DNA of 56,146 bases, filler included, from Sluysia triapertura (GCA_046118255.1; 4 parts of 4 records of this genome joined end to end with filler, not necessarily neighbours in it); one strand, 5' to 3'; shown: positions 25,606-38,458, numbered from the whole stretch's first letter. Made by a program: numbers and translations. The notes: generated by a model from the letters alone, not told the origin.

Positions 25606-26470
25606 CAACTTTGCAATCTACGGTGATGTTCAAGCCTTCCTGAATAACTTCCCTTTACCCACACTTTCAAAATGGACTTACCTGTACTGGACTTTCAACT
25701 TATAAAGGCACTGGATATTGATAATTTTCAGCAAGAATGACAGTTCCTACACCATTGTGGACCCTCTAAATTCTCAACCTGACCACCTGATCCTACTTGC
25801 ACATTACATCAACAATGTCGTATCTACCCATACATCACTACCAATATACCCAATACCAATACAATATCCTACACAGATTGGACCAACTGATTGGAACCCT
25901 AATATGTGATGCTGCATTACTATACAAAAGAAATCCTAACCTAAGAAACCTTATCAAGCTGACATCCGAGCCATCCGGGAGCTCATACAATATCAACACT
26001 TTTGAGAAAATCAAACCTAAACAACCACCTTCCTCAATCCAATTCCTGTACAAGAAACTCCAAAACACTAGTGACACCTCGATAGATGAAATATTCCCAT
26101 ATGATGTTATCCAACAGATTAAGACACACAAATTCCAAAACATTATGGCACAACACAAACGAAACTTGCAAAGCGAATCATTAAAACCCAGCTTGGACAA
26201 GATCTTCGCTGAAAACCAAGCCAAAGAATTCCATATAATTACTGGAATAGCCAACTCTCCCACACCAGAGGAGATCTGCCAGTACTACAGTAGTGGAATA
26301 GTACCACCGTTAGACTCACTTAAAGTCACTCTCCTTTCAACATTCACGGACTATATGACTACTGATCCTATCCTGGAGATTGAGATCCTCATCACTCATC
26401 TCATCACCAAACGCTCATCACCAGGTCACAACCAATTAACATTCGAGAATTTAAAGGATGCCTATCCCTA
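25606..26470 (+). mobile_element. Decayed NeSL-like non-LTR retrotransposon fragment: Ulp1/C48 cysteine protease + linker + RT domains -1/0
   Basis: Sharp shift to GC-richer, A/C-skewed DNA. Reads KWTYLYWTFNL*RHWILIIFSKNDSSYTIVDPL...YPTQIGPTD[2-nt deletion at 25892 removes C]GTLICDAALLY, i.e. the C48 HW..D..Q-x4-DCG motifs. Then LDKIFAENQAKEFHII, PTPEEICQYYS and PILEIEILITHLITKRSSPGHNQLTFENLK (R2-group RT domain 0, SSPGxD-like). Ulp1 upstream of RT is the known NeSL-1 architecture. Confidence 0.75.
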
Positions 26471-26472
26471 TA

Positions 26473-26514
26473 GAAGTTGTGGTCGAGTTAAATGGCTCCG
26501 TAGGTTTGATCCTA
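26473..26514 (+). pseudogene. Internally deleted tRNA-Ser-like remnant
   Basis: GAAGTTGTGGTCGAG-TTAA-ATGG-CT..CGTAGGTTTGATCCTA aligns with metazoan tRNA-Ser GTAGTCGTGGCCGAGTGGTTAAGGCGATGGACT..CGCAGGTTCGAATCCTG only with gaps. Confidence 0.35.
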
Positions 26515-26563
26515 TTTGAGGGCTTATTGTTATTATCAATATTCAATTTAAAACTCAAATTTC

Positions 26564-27196
26564 TTATGTAGTGAGTATGTTTGAATAGTGAATTTGTTTC
26601 GTGAAAACTCTTTCTAAACTATGTTTTAGTTCAACTGAATGATTCTTATATGTTTGAAAAATCGTAATTAACTTTATAAAATCTTTTTCTGATTTTAATG
26701 ATTGTGTAACTTTACTTATCCTATAGATTAAACAAAACTTTATTGTCTTATAAATTGAATAAAGCCTTTTAAAACGTGTATTAAAATTTGATTTAAGGTT
26801 ACATATCAAGCCTTGTGATGCTTTATAAAACTCAATACTTAATTGAACAATCATAATTAAAACAGCACTATTATGATTATCTATTACATAACTAAAAAAG
26901 TTGATTAGGTTACATTGACAAAACAGTTTATTGATTTTCCTTAGTCGTGGAATTTCGACCTCGTATTTGCTGTTATCTTCTCGTTGCAGTTTACTGATCC
27001 AGAGTGGCTGATTATGAACTAAAAAATAATCACCTAGATGTATAAATTTAAAGCTAACACAATTAAATACAAATAAAATTATATCAACAAACTCGACAGT
27101 TGGTATTATGTCTTTGATTGGCAAGATAATAAAATAATGATCTTCTAGCATAACAGTAATAGCTGTAATTGAATCACAAAATGATAATATATTCAA
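26564..27196 (-). CDS. Hypothetical protein or terminal exon (210 codons), no recognisable family
   Basis: Long open frame in very AT-rich DNA; TTG start; possible acceptor ttttgtgattcaattacag| near 27162. Confidence 0.45.
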   Translation of the reverse strand: MNILSFCDSITAITVMLEDHYFIILPIKDIIPTVEFVDIILFVFNCVSFKFIHLGDYFLVHNQPLWISKLQREDNSKYEVEIPRLRKINKLFCQCNLINFFSYVIDNHNSAVLIMIVQLSIEFYKASQGLICNLKSNFNTRFKRLYSIYKTIKFCLIYRISKVTQSLKSEKDFIKLITIFQTYKNHSVELKHSLERVFTKQIHYSNILTT

Positions 27197-27207
27197 TTAT
27201 ACTACTT

Positions 27208-27300
27208 GGCACTTTTAGGCCGTTTACCCCAACATATGGTATATATATGTTGGACTTCATAAAATGGACTGACTGAAAATCGAACCAGAGCCATCTCGAT
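27208..27300 (-). mobile_element. 3' half of the tRNA-derived module followed by the spacer
   Basis: Minus strand ...ctctGGTTCGATTttcagTCAGTCCAttttatgaaGTCCAACA-tatatataccatatgttggggtaaac-GGCCTAAAAGTGCC. Confidence 0.6.
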
Positions 27301-27369
27301 GATTAAAAAACATGTATTTGTTGCGTCTTTCAAATTATTAATTAATTTAAATCGGTATCAATTTAATTA

Positions 27370-28007
27370 ATTAATTAATATCAAAAATAACTATATCAAA
27401 AATAACCATTCAATAATCTTCTTACTTAATATTAATAATTGTTACCCCAAAATTAAACTCTTAAGAAGCAAATCAAAGATAAGACAATAATTTATTATTA
27501 TTATTATTATTATACAAAAATCAAATTAGAGTTAAAAGTTATTTGAGCAGAGTGTTTCTTATCAACCTACCTTAAAAACAACTTAAAAATTAACCAAAAA
27601 TAATATAATATCCAAGTTAAACTAAAATCAATTATTTATCTTATTTTAATAAAATAATAAATAAACAAAAATTATTAAATAAAAATTAAATAATAAATAT
27701 CTTCTATCATCAATTGTTGACATTGTTGTTGCTATGTTAATATATGATTATTGTGATGTAAAAATTTTGAAATCTTTAATATATACTCTATCATCATCCA
27801 ATCAGTTCACAATCTCACAACCAAACACTCTCACACAAATCATCCACACCTCTTTGAGAATCAGACCGACAATAACAATTCTAACAACTACATGATACGG
27901 TCTGTCAACTCTATTAGGTACAAAACATAGAAATCTGATTTATTATCAACCATCACTTCCTTTTACTCTACTCAGTCTATTTTTACTTAAATTACTTCTC
28001 ACATTAA
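27370..28007 (+). repeat. 1.8-kb repeat, copy C (partial, ends at a linker gap)
   Basis: Matches copy A ~19100-19950, e.g. tcatcatccaatc..aaacactctcacacaaatcatcca..ctctttgagaatcagac..tacggtctgtcaa..aggtacaaaacatagaaatctgatttattatcaacc. Confidence 0.85.
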
Positions 28008-28107
28008 NNNNNNNNNNNNNNNNNNNNNNNNNNNNNNNNNNNNNNNNNNNNTTAATTAATTAANNNNNNNNNNNNNNNNNNNNNNNNNNNNNNNNNNNNN
28101 NNNNNNN
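28008..28107. other. Artificial contig-join linker
   Basis: 44N-TTAATTAATTAA-44N. Confidence 0.97.
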
Positions 28108-28113
28108 TGATGA

Positions 28114-28115
28114 TG

Positions 28116-28184
<69 letters not shown>
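28114..28184. repeat. (TTA)n microsatellite
   Basis: Over 20 perfect units at a contig start. Confidence 0.95.
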
Positions 28185-28185
<1 letters not shown>

Positions 28186-29961
28186 GTACAATTTTATCTT
28201 TAAAAAGAAAACCAGAAGCGAACGCAATAAGAGTGTCGAATTAAGTACAAAATAATTGTAATAAATAAGATATAGTTTCAAAGTTCTTTTAAATCTAAGA
28301 AGTTAATTAAAAATCTCAAAATATCTATGTAATTTAATAACACTGCATTTTCTAAGGTTTCTATTTTCAAGTGATGCAGTTTTATTTTTAAAAAAGAAAA
28401 ATAATTAAAGATAAAGATAACAAAATTATCTTAGTGATACTATAAACATTAATATTATATTTCAATCAATCTAATATTGTGTGTTACAGGCTGGGCAGTT
28501 TAGCGGGTTTGTATATGAAATTACAAATAATTTTTTTACTTAAGCGTAAAATACATTTAAATTGGAATTTTGTGATTGCCCAAACTCTATATTTTGATCA
28601 TTTGAGCATAATCTTTGAATTTATCGTATCTTTTTACATATTTCGTACAAAATTCTACTTGGTAATTCTTGTTTTGGTAGTTCTTTGTAATTTCTCAGTT
28701 TTGAACTAAGACATTTTTAACAAGGGCATCGCTCTTTTTTTCTCGAGAATCGTATGAACTAGTACTCTAGTATATGTGTCACTGTGACTGACATGTAAAA
28801 AACTTATTTTATTTTATACAAAAGAACAATATTGTATTAATAAGGAATAGAACAAACAATACAATAAGGATAAAGTAAAGAAAAAATATGCCATTTGTAA
28901 AAAATAACTAAAAGGAAATATTTACAACTTATGCCAGAAGCTGATAATACTTTTAAATAATAGCTTTAAATATTAATGCTCTAGATTTACTGTTTTAAAT
29001 TTTTATATTCAAACACTAACGTACTGCGTTTTATCGTGCTTTATCGTGTGTATTCGAGTGATTGTACATTGAAGTTCAAAAAATTTAGTTTCTCGATGGA
29101 GTATTCCAAATTTATTGATTAATGGGCATAACTTTGTCGCTTTGCAAATATTTCAAGGTATTACATTTTCTTTTTGAAAAAATAGTTACCAAGAGGAATA
29201 AGCCGAAAAAAATGACATACTGTCAAGAAACGTCACGCAATAAAAAGCTATCGGTCATTTCCAAGAGTTTGGTAGCTTAAATTTTAATGAACTACTTTGG
29301 TAAGAATTTAAATTTATTTCTTAAGTTTAAATGATTTCTTAGTTCTTTTGACAACGACTGTTTTTAGAAGAAACCTTGATTAGTATTTTGAACAAAATTA
29401 TTGATAAATAAATATTTAACTTTACATTTCAACAGAAAGCAAATTATTATTTAGTTTGCAATTAACCCATTTGGGGATTTTGGAATTTTATGTACATCAT
29501 TTGACACGAAGAATATGTCGAATACATTTGACTGTTTAATATTATTTTATACATATCAATCAACATTGTTTATAGCAGACAGAACATAATTAAAACATTT
29601 GGGTTAATCGAAAATTTTTGTTTCAATAAATCTTAGATATCTCGGATACACTTTGTCGAAAGTGACATTTTAAAGGGTTTTTTATTTATGCAATACCTAA
29701 TAAAAATTTTGCAAAACTAGGAGTTCATATTAAAATCAATATAAATAAGAATGGCTAAATTTTAGATATTCATTGATTAATTTTTTGATCAATATTGTAC
29801 AAAATTATTACGAACAAAACATGAATAATGTTCGATCCTTCACAATTAAAGTACTTTGAGCTCTTTTAAAATGAATGATGATAAGTAGATATAGCAACAT
29901 TTTTTGTGCTTTTCATAGTCTCTATTGTATGATAAAGTGATATAATGAATTATTTATTCAG

Positions 29962-30171
29962 CTAATACAACAAGTATTCAGAATAATTTTGCGGAGTACA
30001 GAAAATTGGGGGAAAAGTACATGTACTTTGTGGTGAATGTAGTGTGCAGTGAATACACTAGTACTGCTAGACGATGTAAAATACTGAAACGGTTAATCAA
30101 ACTGGCGCGTCTTTGTAAAGAATTAGGCAATATTGAAGTATTCTTTTCAATTATGAATGGTCTTGATCGAC
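29962..30171 (+). CDS. Exon of a CDC25-homology Ras/Rap guanine nucleotide exchange factor (RapGEF-like)
   Basis: Acceptor ttatttattcag|CT and donor C|gtatgt; 210 nt, phase 1-1. NNFAEYRKLGEKYMYFVVNVVCSE..RRCKILKRLIKLARLCKELGNIEVFFSIMNGLD matches RasGEF W(F)V..EI...KR.KIIK.FIKIA..C.E..NF.S.FAI.SGL. Confidence 0.85.
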
Positions 30172-30565
30172 GTATGTTTTATCATTTTAAGTTATCTTGT
30201 TCTTTAAGTTCTTTTATTAACACTTCATTAATTTTTCAATAAATCATTGCATATTTGGGACAGAGAAATTGGGTTACTTTTTGAGATCAAATTTTTTAAC
30301 TTTAATTCATTCTATTTAGAGAAGAAGTATTATTATATATTTACTAAAAGCAACATTACCAGTTTTTGAAACCTAAAATGGATCAGGCTCTCATTTAAAT
30401 TCATATAAAAATAATAATAATATCTGACCTAAGAGTTTGTAGAAATAAAATTTCGAATACTAAATTTAATTTAATTTCAAAACTTAAAATAATACATCTA
30501 AACAACGATGCATTGGTTTAGATATTTGACCTTACAAGTGACAATTGATTGTAACGAAAGTAAAT

Positions 30566-30603
30566 TGTTAGACGGCGGAGCTGATAGCTCAATGGTCAGA
30601 ATA
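30566..30603 (+). mobile_element. 5' part of the tRNA-derived module (A-box retained)
   Basis: TGTTAGACGGcggagctgaTAGCTCAATGGTCAGAata. Confidence 0.65.
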
Positions 30604-31539
30604 CTAGGTCTATGAAAAAGTTAATAATGAACTTACATCAACATGTATTTTTTGTTTTCGCTATTTTAATAGATCAGTGAAAGAGCAAATATAAAATTAT
30701 TATGTTATCAACATAGAATATTATTTATATAATAATGATTATGATTATTATTACTAATTTCATCATCATATTATATTAATATTAATATTATTATTATTAT
30801 TTGTTTTATTGGTTTAATCTATAATTTATTACTATGTCAAATTGCGTTATATATTTAGAAATTATACGTTCGATAAAATTTTAATTAATTCTCACTTGGA
30901 AATCACAGTTTTACTCGTCTCCGATGAAAGAAATAAAAGAGCGGTAACAAAATTTCAATTTCTTGTTAAGTTAAAGTTAAATTAAATAAGGAAATTTTAT
31001 AGATAACAAAACAATGTAATCAACAACGCCGGATAATGGGGCGTGCCCGGAGCGCCAAATTTTGAGGGGCGCCTATATAAAAATAAAACATTTTTTTACA
31101 TTGATTATAAATTAAAATCGATCATTTGTCAATAGACATCGATTTTTTAGCAAGCAATAAAGTTTTTTCTTTAATAATACCATATAAAGGTCACTGTGCT
31201 AATTTTTTAATATTGTAAACTGTTTACAAACTGATTTTCAAAAAAAATTAATTTAATTTACTATGTTATTGAATTTTTGACATATAGCATTATACAAAAT
31301 CTTGTATGTCACACATGCAACATGAATAGCATAACTTACTTTCACAGTTCTCGTTCTTTTGTCATTCAAACTTCAAATGTGCTTGTTATGTTATTCCATA
31401 TGTTGTATCACTTGTAAGTAAATAACTATTGTATTATTTTTTAAATAAATAAATTTTTACACAGTTCTTTATTGTGTAATTTTGATTTTTTGCCTTTTTA
31501 TAATTTTTGAAAGTATGCATGGTTTTTAATTTTATGTTA

Positions 31540-33150
31540 GATTCCTTGGGAATGCTGCACCCAAGAACGCAGCACTTTGTTTGTTGTGGTAGTAACAAAT
31601 TCCGTTAAATTATTTTGTATTTCCGGTTGATTGTTTGGAGGATGATGAAGTTGTTGAATATGTTTGAGAAATTGATCTTTTTATTGGGGAATTGTTTCTT
31701 GATTCATGCTTTGGTATTTGGTTTCGTCTATAGTTATGACACCTCGCATGACATTTAATTATTCAAGTTTGTCTGTGCACCATTGTAAAATAATCATCAA
31801 ATCATCAATATATAGAATAGCCTTGACCAGAGGGAGCATGGCGTCGAAAAATAGTCTTTTCAAAACGCCTCGTCGGTGTCATATTCGAAGGGTTCTAGGT
31901 CTATCTTTATCTTGGTGAGAAAGTCTGAAGACGATAAGAAGCCTTATGCTTGAATTTTGAGCATTGTAGCGGTACTGTTGGATAATAACATGTCAAAAAT
32001 GCAATGCACATCTGAATTTTCATTCTTAATTCGCTTAATAGTGACCGTGGAAGCATTACCAAAGTTTGATTTAATCCAGCGTTTCGGTGCTTAATGGAAT
32101 TCATTTTGAACATTGCTTCGATGACCATAAACTACATGCTCTGAACTTTTGTGAGATGGAAATTTAAGGTCGCTGTCTGTTTCATCTAACTGGTGATTTG
32201 CTCCGTGATAGGATTACAGTCGCTCAATTTCAAATGTTGGGATGTATGTATTTAAAACTGTATTTATTTCTGTTTTTTGGTTAATTTTATGAAGAATTTT
32301 GTTATTTATGCCAAGATAGGTTATATTTGTTAGTTTTTTTAAAATTGATCGAATTATTATGTTAGATTTGGTTGAAATTTGAATTTTTTTGTCTGTTTCT
32401 TGATGGATGTAGTTCTCGTTTCCTTAGTTTGATTGTTTTGACTGTTAACAGTTTAAATTTGTCGAATGAATTGGTGACCCATTCTGGATCGAATTGACTG
32501 AAGATTCTTCTCGTTATTGTCGTTCGGTTTTGAACGAAGAACTTATTGTTATTTGTGATTGTTGAAATATTATTCTTTTTGTTATCTAAATGAATTATGT
32601 TGGTGCTAATGGCACATTTATTTTGAGATCCTGAGATTTGATTTTATTTTGATGAAGCTTTTGGATTTTGGACACATTATTTGTTTCTTGATTTTTAAAA
32701 GTTGCGCGTAACCAAGGTGGAGACATCGTGGTACATGAGGGTGTTCTCCACGTAAAGAATTTGTTGTATGATGTAGAATGATTTGATTAAGCAAAAACTG
32801 TTTGTGATGTAAGATGTTTTATGTTTGTGATGTAAGATGTTTTATGTTTGTGATGTAAGATGTTTTATGTTTGTGTCAATGTTTAATGAAGAAAGTTGTC
32901 GGGTTACATAATTGAAGAAGCAGGTTATTCGCTAATCTTGTTTTTGTTTTGTTGCTTATCATTGATATTGGATGTGGCTGCGGGTATAATATGAAGTTCC
33001 CAAGTAATATATTTCTTTTACTGAGGTCGTATTTTAAATACTTTACTAAATATTTTACTAGAAGTAAGTGAGTCTGTAGAAGGAATGAGATATTGAACAT
33101 GAGTAACGTGCCGTTTGAAGAGATAATTGCATATCTTAAACGATGTTAAA
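31540..33150 (-). mobile_element. Heavily decayed LINE-like reverse transcriptase remnant
   Basis: G/T-skewed plus strand; minus-strand fragments HPISMISNK (RPISL-like) and TNITYLGIN (RT domain 7 YLG); many stops and frameshifts. Confidence 0.4.
32801..32875. repeat. 23-bp tandem repeat x3.3 (TTTGTGATGTAAGATGTTTTATG)
   Basis: Three identical units plus 6 nt. Confidence 0.9.
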
Positions 33151-33510
33151 TAGATGTAATTTAACAAATGACTTGAAAAACATGTAATGTGAAGTTCTTA
33201 TGTTGTAGCGAATTGAGTAATACTCAAAGTGATAGAGGCGATTCAACGTATTGTCATTTTAAAAATTATCAAACGTATCACACAACAAAACTAGATTGAA
33301 ACTTTGGATAAAACGAGTTTTATTACTAAAAACTTTGCTGAGATATTTATTCAATATCGAATTATGCCAAAGTGTAACAATAATATTTCGGGAGAGTACT
33401 GGGATTTCTCAACTGCTGATCAGAAGTTGAGTAAGAGGCACATAGAACCATAAATTGAAGGAAAAGTTGATACGAAGAAAGAAAGAATAATGAAAATAAA
33501 AATATTGAAA

Positions 33511-35395
33511 ATAAGAATACCTTAGAGTTTCAAAGACCTATATAAGGTGTTGAGACCTGATGGAAGCTTTAAATGGACTTGTAAAATCTTTGAAGGCATT
33601 GGAATACCTTTGAGCTTGTGGACCTTGAGATCATTTGAGACTTTATTAATCTTTAAGTATTCTTGAAACCTTGATAAGCATCTAAGATCTTCGAGTAACC
33701 ATAGAAAATATTTAAAATCTTTAAAATATTTGAGAAATAAAATCATTGCTTAAAATAATAAAGATAAGTTTAATATTGTAATAATTAACATGGAGAAAAA
33801 GAAAAATGTGAAACTGAAAACATCTAGAGCCTCCAGAATGCCTTATTAATTACTAAATAACTTTAGAACCTCAATAAAACTTTTAAACATAGAATAAGAT
33901 TCAGTCTAAAAATAGATTAATTAATTAAAATCTTAATTAATTTAATTAAGAAAAAATACGTTTTTATGAATAACTTTGGAACGCGGAAAGTTATGTTGCA
34001 TTTGAAACTGTATGTATTTGTTTTGAAGAGACCTTTCGATGAAGGAATGGTTTGACCGAGTTCATGCGAGGAAAGCCTCCATAATGAACGAAGTCGAACT
34101 TAAATTACTTCTTAATTATGGAATGTTAAATTTTTTATACTTAGAATGATACAAGTATAATGAATTGAATGTGAGATGATTGCTATGACAGAGGAAAATC
34201 TAGAAATGAGTTTGAAATATTTGTAGAATGGTTTGTTCGAGAAAAAGAACTTTAAAACATTTTTCATTAGAAAATCGGGTGTGAAAAATTGAAAATCAAT
34301 TAAATTCTAAAAAGTTAATTAAATTCATTATTTTTATGTATTTTAACAATATTGTTGATTGCTATATTAATGTGAGAAGTAATTTAAGTAAAAATAGACT
34401 GAGTAGAGTAAAAGAAAATGATTTTTGTCTATTGCACTTAATGAAGGTTGACAGACCGTACCATGTAGTTGTCAAAGTTGTTATTATCGATCTAATTTTA
34501 AAGAGGTTTTAATGATTTGTGTGAGAGTGTTTGATTGTGAAACGCAGGATTAATTGGATAATTAAAGAGTATAAAATGAAAATTTTAAAAATTTTACAAC
34601 ACAATAACATAACAAGGAAACAAGGCTCATTAAGAAGTTCCATACTTTTGGTAAGGATTAAATATTTTATTTTATTATTTTAATATTATATTTTTGAATA
34701 TTATTTTGATTATTATTATTATTATTATTATTATTATTTTATTTAATTTTTGGGGAATCCTTTTAAATTTGATAGTTCTGTGGGAGACACCTTGCATAAT
34801 TAATTTTTTTTTAAAATATTAAATTAGATTTTTTTAGGGATTTCAAATTTAATTTTGTGGGAAACACTTTGCCCAATTTATTTTTAAAATATTTTAAATA
34901 AATTATTTGATTTTTAGATATTTTAAGTTAACTTTGTGGGAGATCCTACCCAATTTATTTTTAAAGTATTTAAGCATCATTACCATTTTAAACTTTCTGG
35001 ATATTGTTATTTTTAGTTTTTTTTGCGTCACTCCTGGTTTCTTCATATAGACTGTCATATCCTTGATAACTATTGTAAGCGTTATTGTTAATCTTCTTAT
35101 TTTAGTCATTTTTTGTATTGTTTAGTGGAGATTTATAATAATAATAATTTGTATTTGATTTTTTTAACCAGTAAATTATTCTGTAGTTATTGATTTGATT
35201 TTTTAAAAAAACTTAATTTTGAGGCGAATAATTGTTATTGTTAAGTAAGAGAAATACTGAAAATTTATACTTGATATAGTGACTATTTAAATCATTGAGA
35301 TTCTTCTTAAGCTAATTACATTGATATTGATTTATCGTATCATAATTAATAATAATAAACACGTTAAGAAATACACAATGAAGAAAAATTTTCTA
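33511..35395 (-). repeat. 1.8-kb repeat, copy B (full length, inverted)
   Basis: Reverse complement is colinear with 19000-20792 end to end (e.g. catctagagcctcc.gaatgcctta, ttgaccgagttcatgc, tgcgtcactcctggttt). Confidence 0.85.
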
Positions 35396-35409
35396 AAAGA
35401 TAAAATAAA

Positions 35410-36000
35410 ATATTGTTATTGTTCTTGGACAGGAAATGTTCCTTGATTGTATAATACTGTTTTAAGCTATCTTCTCGATTGTCTACAAAATGTACTTTAT
35501 TCATCATTCATTGAAGCACTTTGTAAAACTTTATCTAAATGGAGGAGAGGAGTGCCTGGTATTTCAAATTTTGTTTTAAACTTACTTAATGACAATTTCG
35601 GATTTGCTACATTATTAATCCTCTGTCCGTCATCTTCATTCTTTTCTTTGAAATTAACAGCTTGTTTACTTACTCTAACATGTAACATTAAACTTCATTC
35701 TTTATCTTCAAAGTCATTTTTACTTTTACTTTCTGCCATATTCATATAATATTTATGTGGTTACTTGTTTTCTAATTAAATTTTGGAGTGTTAAATCGAT
35801 TTATATCTATTACAATTTCACATTCATCTTCGTCTGATGTACGGTTTTCAAATATTACATTATTTTATTCAAAAGTTTTTGTTCGTAACCTTACTTTACC
35901 CTTGTGATGTAAATGTTTTTCAGTAGAGTTCGTATCTCTTGAACGTTTACGTTTTCTATCAATATTAGATTTAGAAATGCATGACTTGAGATGGAGTGGT
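35410..36000 (-). pseudogene. Decayed hydrophilic ORF remnant
   Basis: SKSNIDRKRKRSRDTNSTEKHL..ENRTSDEDECEIVIDI../MAESKSKNDFEDKE*SLMLHVRVSKQ..EIPGTPLLHLDK: protein-like stretches broken by isolated stops and a frameshift. Confidence 0.35.
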
Positions 36001-38458
36001 TATTAGATCTTTCACATCATGCGACCTTTCACATATTTTATCAGTATACCACTTGAGAGAAATTTTAACTCATTTAAACTCAAATTAATTTTATTAATTT
36101 GTCCTTATTTTCTACTTCTACATTATTAGAACATCTCTTATTATCAATTTCTTTTTAATTCGAATTCAAATTTTTATTAAAGCAATGTTAACAAAAATTA
36201 AAAAAAATGTTAAAAAAATGTTAAAAAATGTTAACAAAAATGTGAAACAAAAATTATTACAATCTTCATGTAACCTTCAAAAGATTTTATAACTTTCTCT
36301 TTAATCTGAGCCAAATAATTTTGTTTTTTATCAATTCCTTTAAATTATGAATCATTTTTGAAATAATTTTTACTTAACAAAATAACACACACACACACAC
36401 GCACACACACTGAAGTAGCCAATTCGCATTTGATTGGATTTTATAGTAATTTTTTGATTAAGCAGCCATACTGACATTGATTATTTTGTTATTATTTATT
36501 GGCTTTTATTTAGAGTTATTATTATTATTATTTAAATTTATTGTTATAATTGTTAACATTATTAGTACTACATTCGATATTCGTATTGAATATTCTAAAA
36601 ACAAAATGCATGCATAAATTACGTACGATTTCTGACATCTTTTGGCTATCAATCTAATTGTTTCATTTGTCACTGAAATCTCAATTTTTTCTTCTTAGTA
36701 CTCTATTTAAACTTGATTCTTATTTGACTCATTGGAGTTATTTTTACCTTTTCATTATTGAGTGTCCAATAATGACGTTTGTAATTATTTTGTCATTTTC
36801 TTGCCTAATTTCAATGAATGTTTTAGATTCTTCAATAAAATTTTCCTTAAATGAATTAATACAAGACCTTAAGTCCCACTTTCTTTTTAATTTAAACCTT
36901 AATGTAATTTGGAGTTATCATAATTTAATTAATATTTTTAAAACCAGCGCCTTTCGGCCATTATATCGTGTGACAATGTGTAGTGGTGTACCTACTCCTT
37001 CTTCGATAAAAAGGTATTTATCATGAAGTTGTATTTCAAAACATTCAGAATATATTAAACATGATAAATGAACCAATATTAGATGCTAATAATAAATGAT
37101 TTGAGAGTGTACTTAGTGAAAGATTACATGAGGTTTTCTGTAATTATAAAAGTTTTTCGAAAATATGTTTTATTAAGATTGTTTGAACCTTTTAAATATA
37201 TAAATTTAACGATGGATAAAATAGGTAAATATAGGTAATTTTTTAACTGATGATTAGCTATTATTTAAACAAATATCGTAATAAAATATTTTCTAAAATA
37301 TAGAACTATACGATTATTAGATTAAAAGATAATCTTAACAAATTCTTATTGTGTATATTATTTGTAACTTTTATGTTCAATCACGTTTAACTAACATATA
37401 TTTGCCATATTTGATTAATAAACCTTGATTATTATTTCGGGTATTCTTAATTTAAGAAATCGATTTTTAACATACATAAAATAATATCCATCGAATTTTA
37501 TTAAGAATTTAAAAAACACCTAACATAGCTTTTTAAAGAAGATAATATAAATAGATAAATTTTTGGGTTTCAATTAAGAAGAAGCCATTGTAAAATACAA
37601 AATAACTTATAAAGTTTTATTTAAAATAACTGGCACAAAAATTCATAAATTAATCCATAAAGAATTATAAATTACGCGATATAAAGATTTCATTTAAAAA
37701 AGTAACCTCACTAAATTCTAATTTTTCAAGGTTTCATTTAAAAAGAAATCAGAGTAAAATAATCATAAAGTTTTATTTAAAAGATTTGTAAAATAATTCA
37801 TAAAACAATCTTTAAAACTATATCCAAAAATCAAACACACTATCAAATTTTTTAAGATTTCATTTAAAGAATAAACCTTAATAAAATATTACCTTTAAGG
37901 TTTAATTTAAAACGAAACCATAATAAAATACTACTTTTTCAAGGTCTCACTTCAGCAAAGTTATTCGTTTTTTAACAAAAAAACCAGAATTAAATATAAG
38001 TTGCGTAAATTTCTTTGAGAATAAGCTTTAGGTTCATTCTTATAGATTAAAGCTAAGGAATAAGATATATACTTATTAAATTATTAGCAACATCCTTATT
38101 ATTCCAGAATCCAAATTAGTGATTCTTTGCCTCTAGTAAGCCTAGGATCATACGTTGACTCTCATGTTATATAAAACATTTTATTTTTCGATTAAACCCA
38201 TATCAATCATTATCTACAACTCAATTACTCGACAGATCAACATGACCCATATTTTTGAAATAACGATTCATACATTAAATTTAAATTTTATTGATTGTAG
38301 TCTTATTATTGGTAAAAGGCCATAAAGTCAAGTTGGACCTTAAGCCCGTAATTAATAATCACTTAGTAAAAGTTAAAATTTTTATATGCAATTTAATAAT
38401 AACACCTAAAGTGTCTCATATTCGGCCATTACAGTGTTGTTTACATTAGCATTATTTA

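Noticed and set aside
25797-25892. N-terminus of the 240-aa ORF (MHITSTMSYL...)
   Set aside because: Out-of-frame read upstream of the frameshift; the true coding frame here is the protease frame (25718 ORF).
25838-26263. 141-aa hydrophobic minus-strand ORF
   Set aside because: Antisense shadow of the retrotransposon frame.
32801-32875. CRISPR-like direct repeats
   Set aside because: Head-to-tail 23-mers with no spacers, eukaryotic context, no cas genes.
19000-35395. Giant composite transposon bounded by inverted copies A and B
   Set aside because: The copies are substantially diverged, further copies are scattered nearby, and an artificial linker (28008-28107) lies between them.
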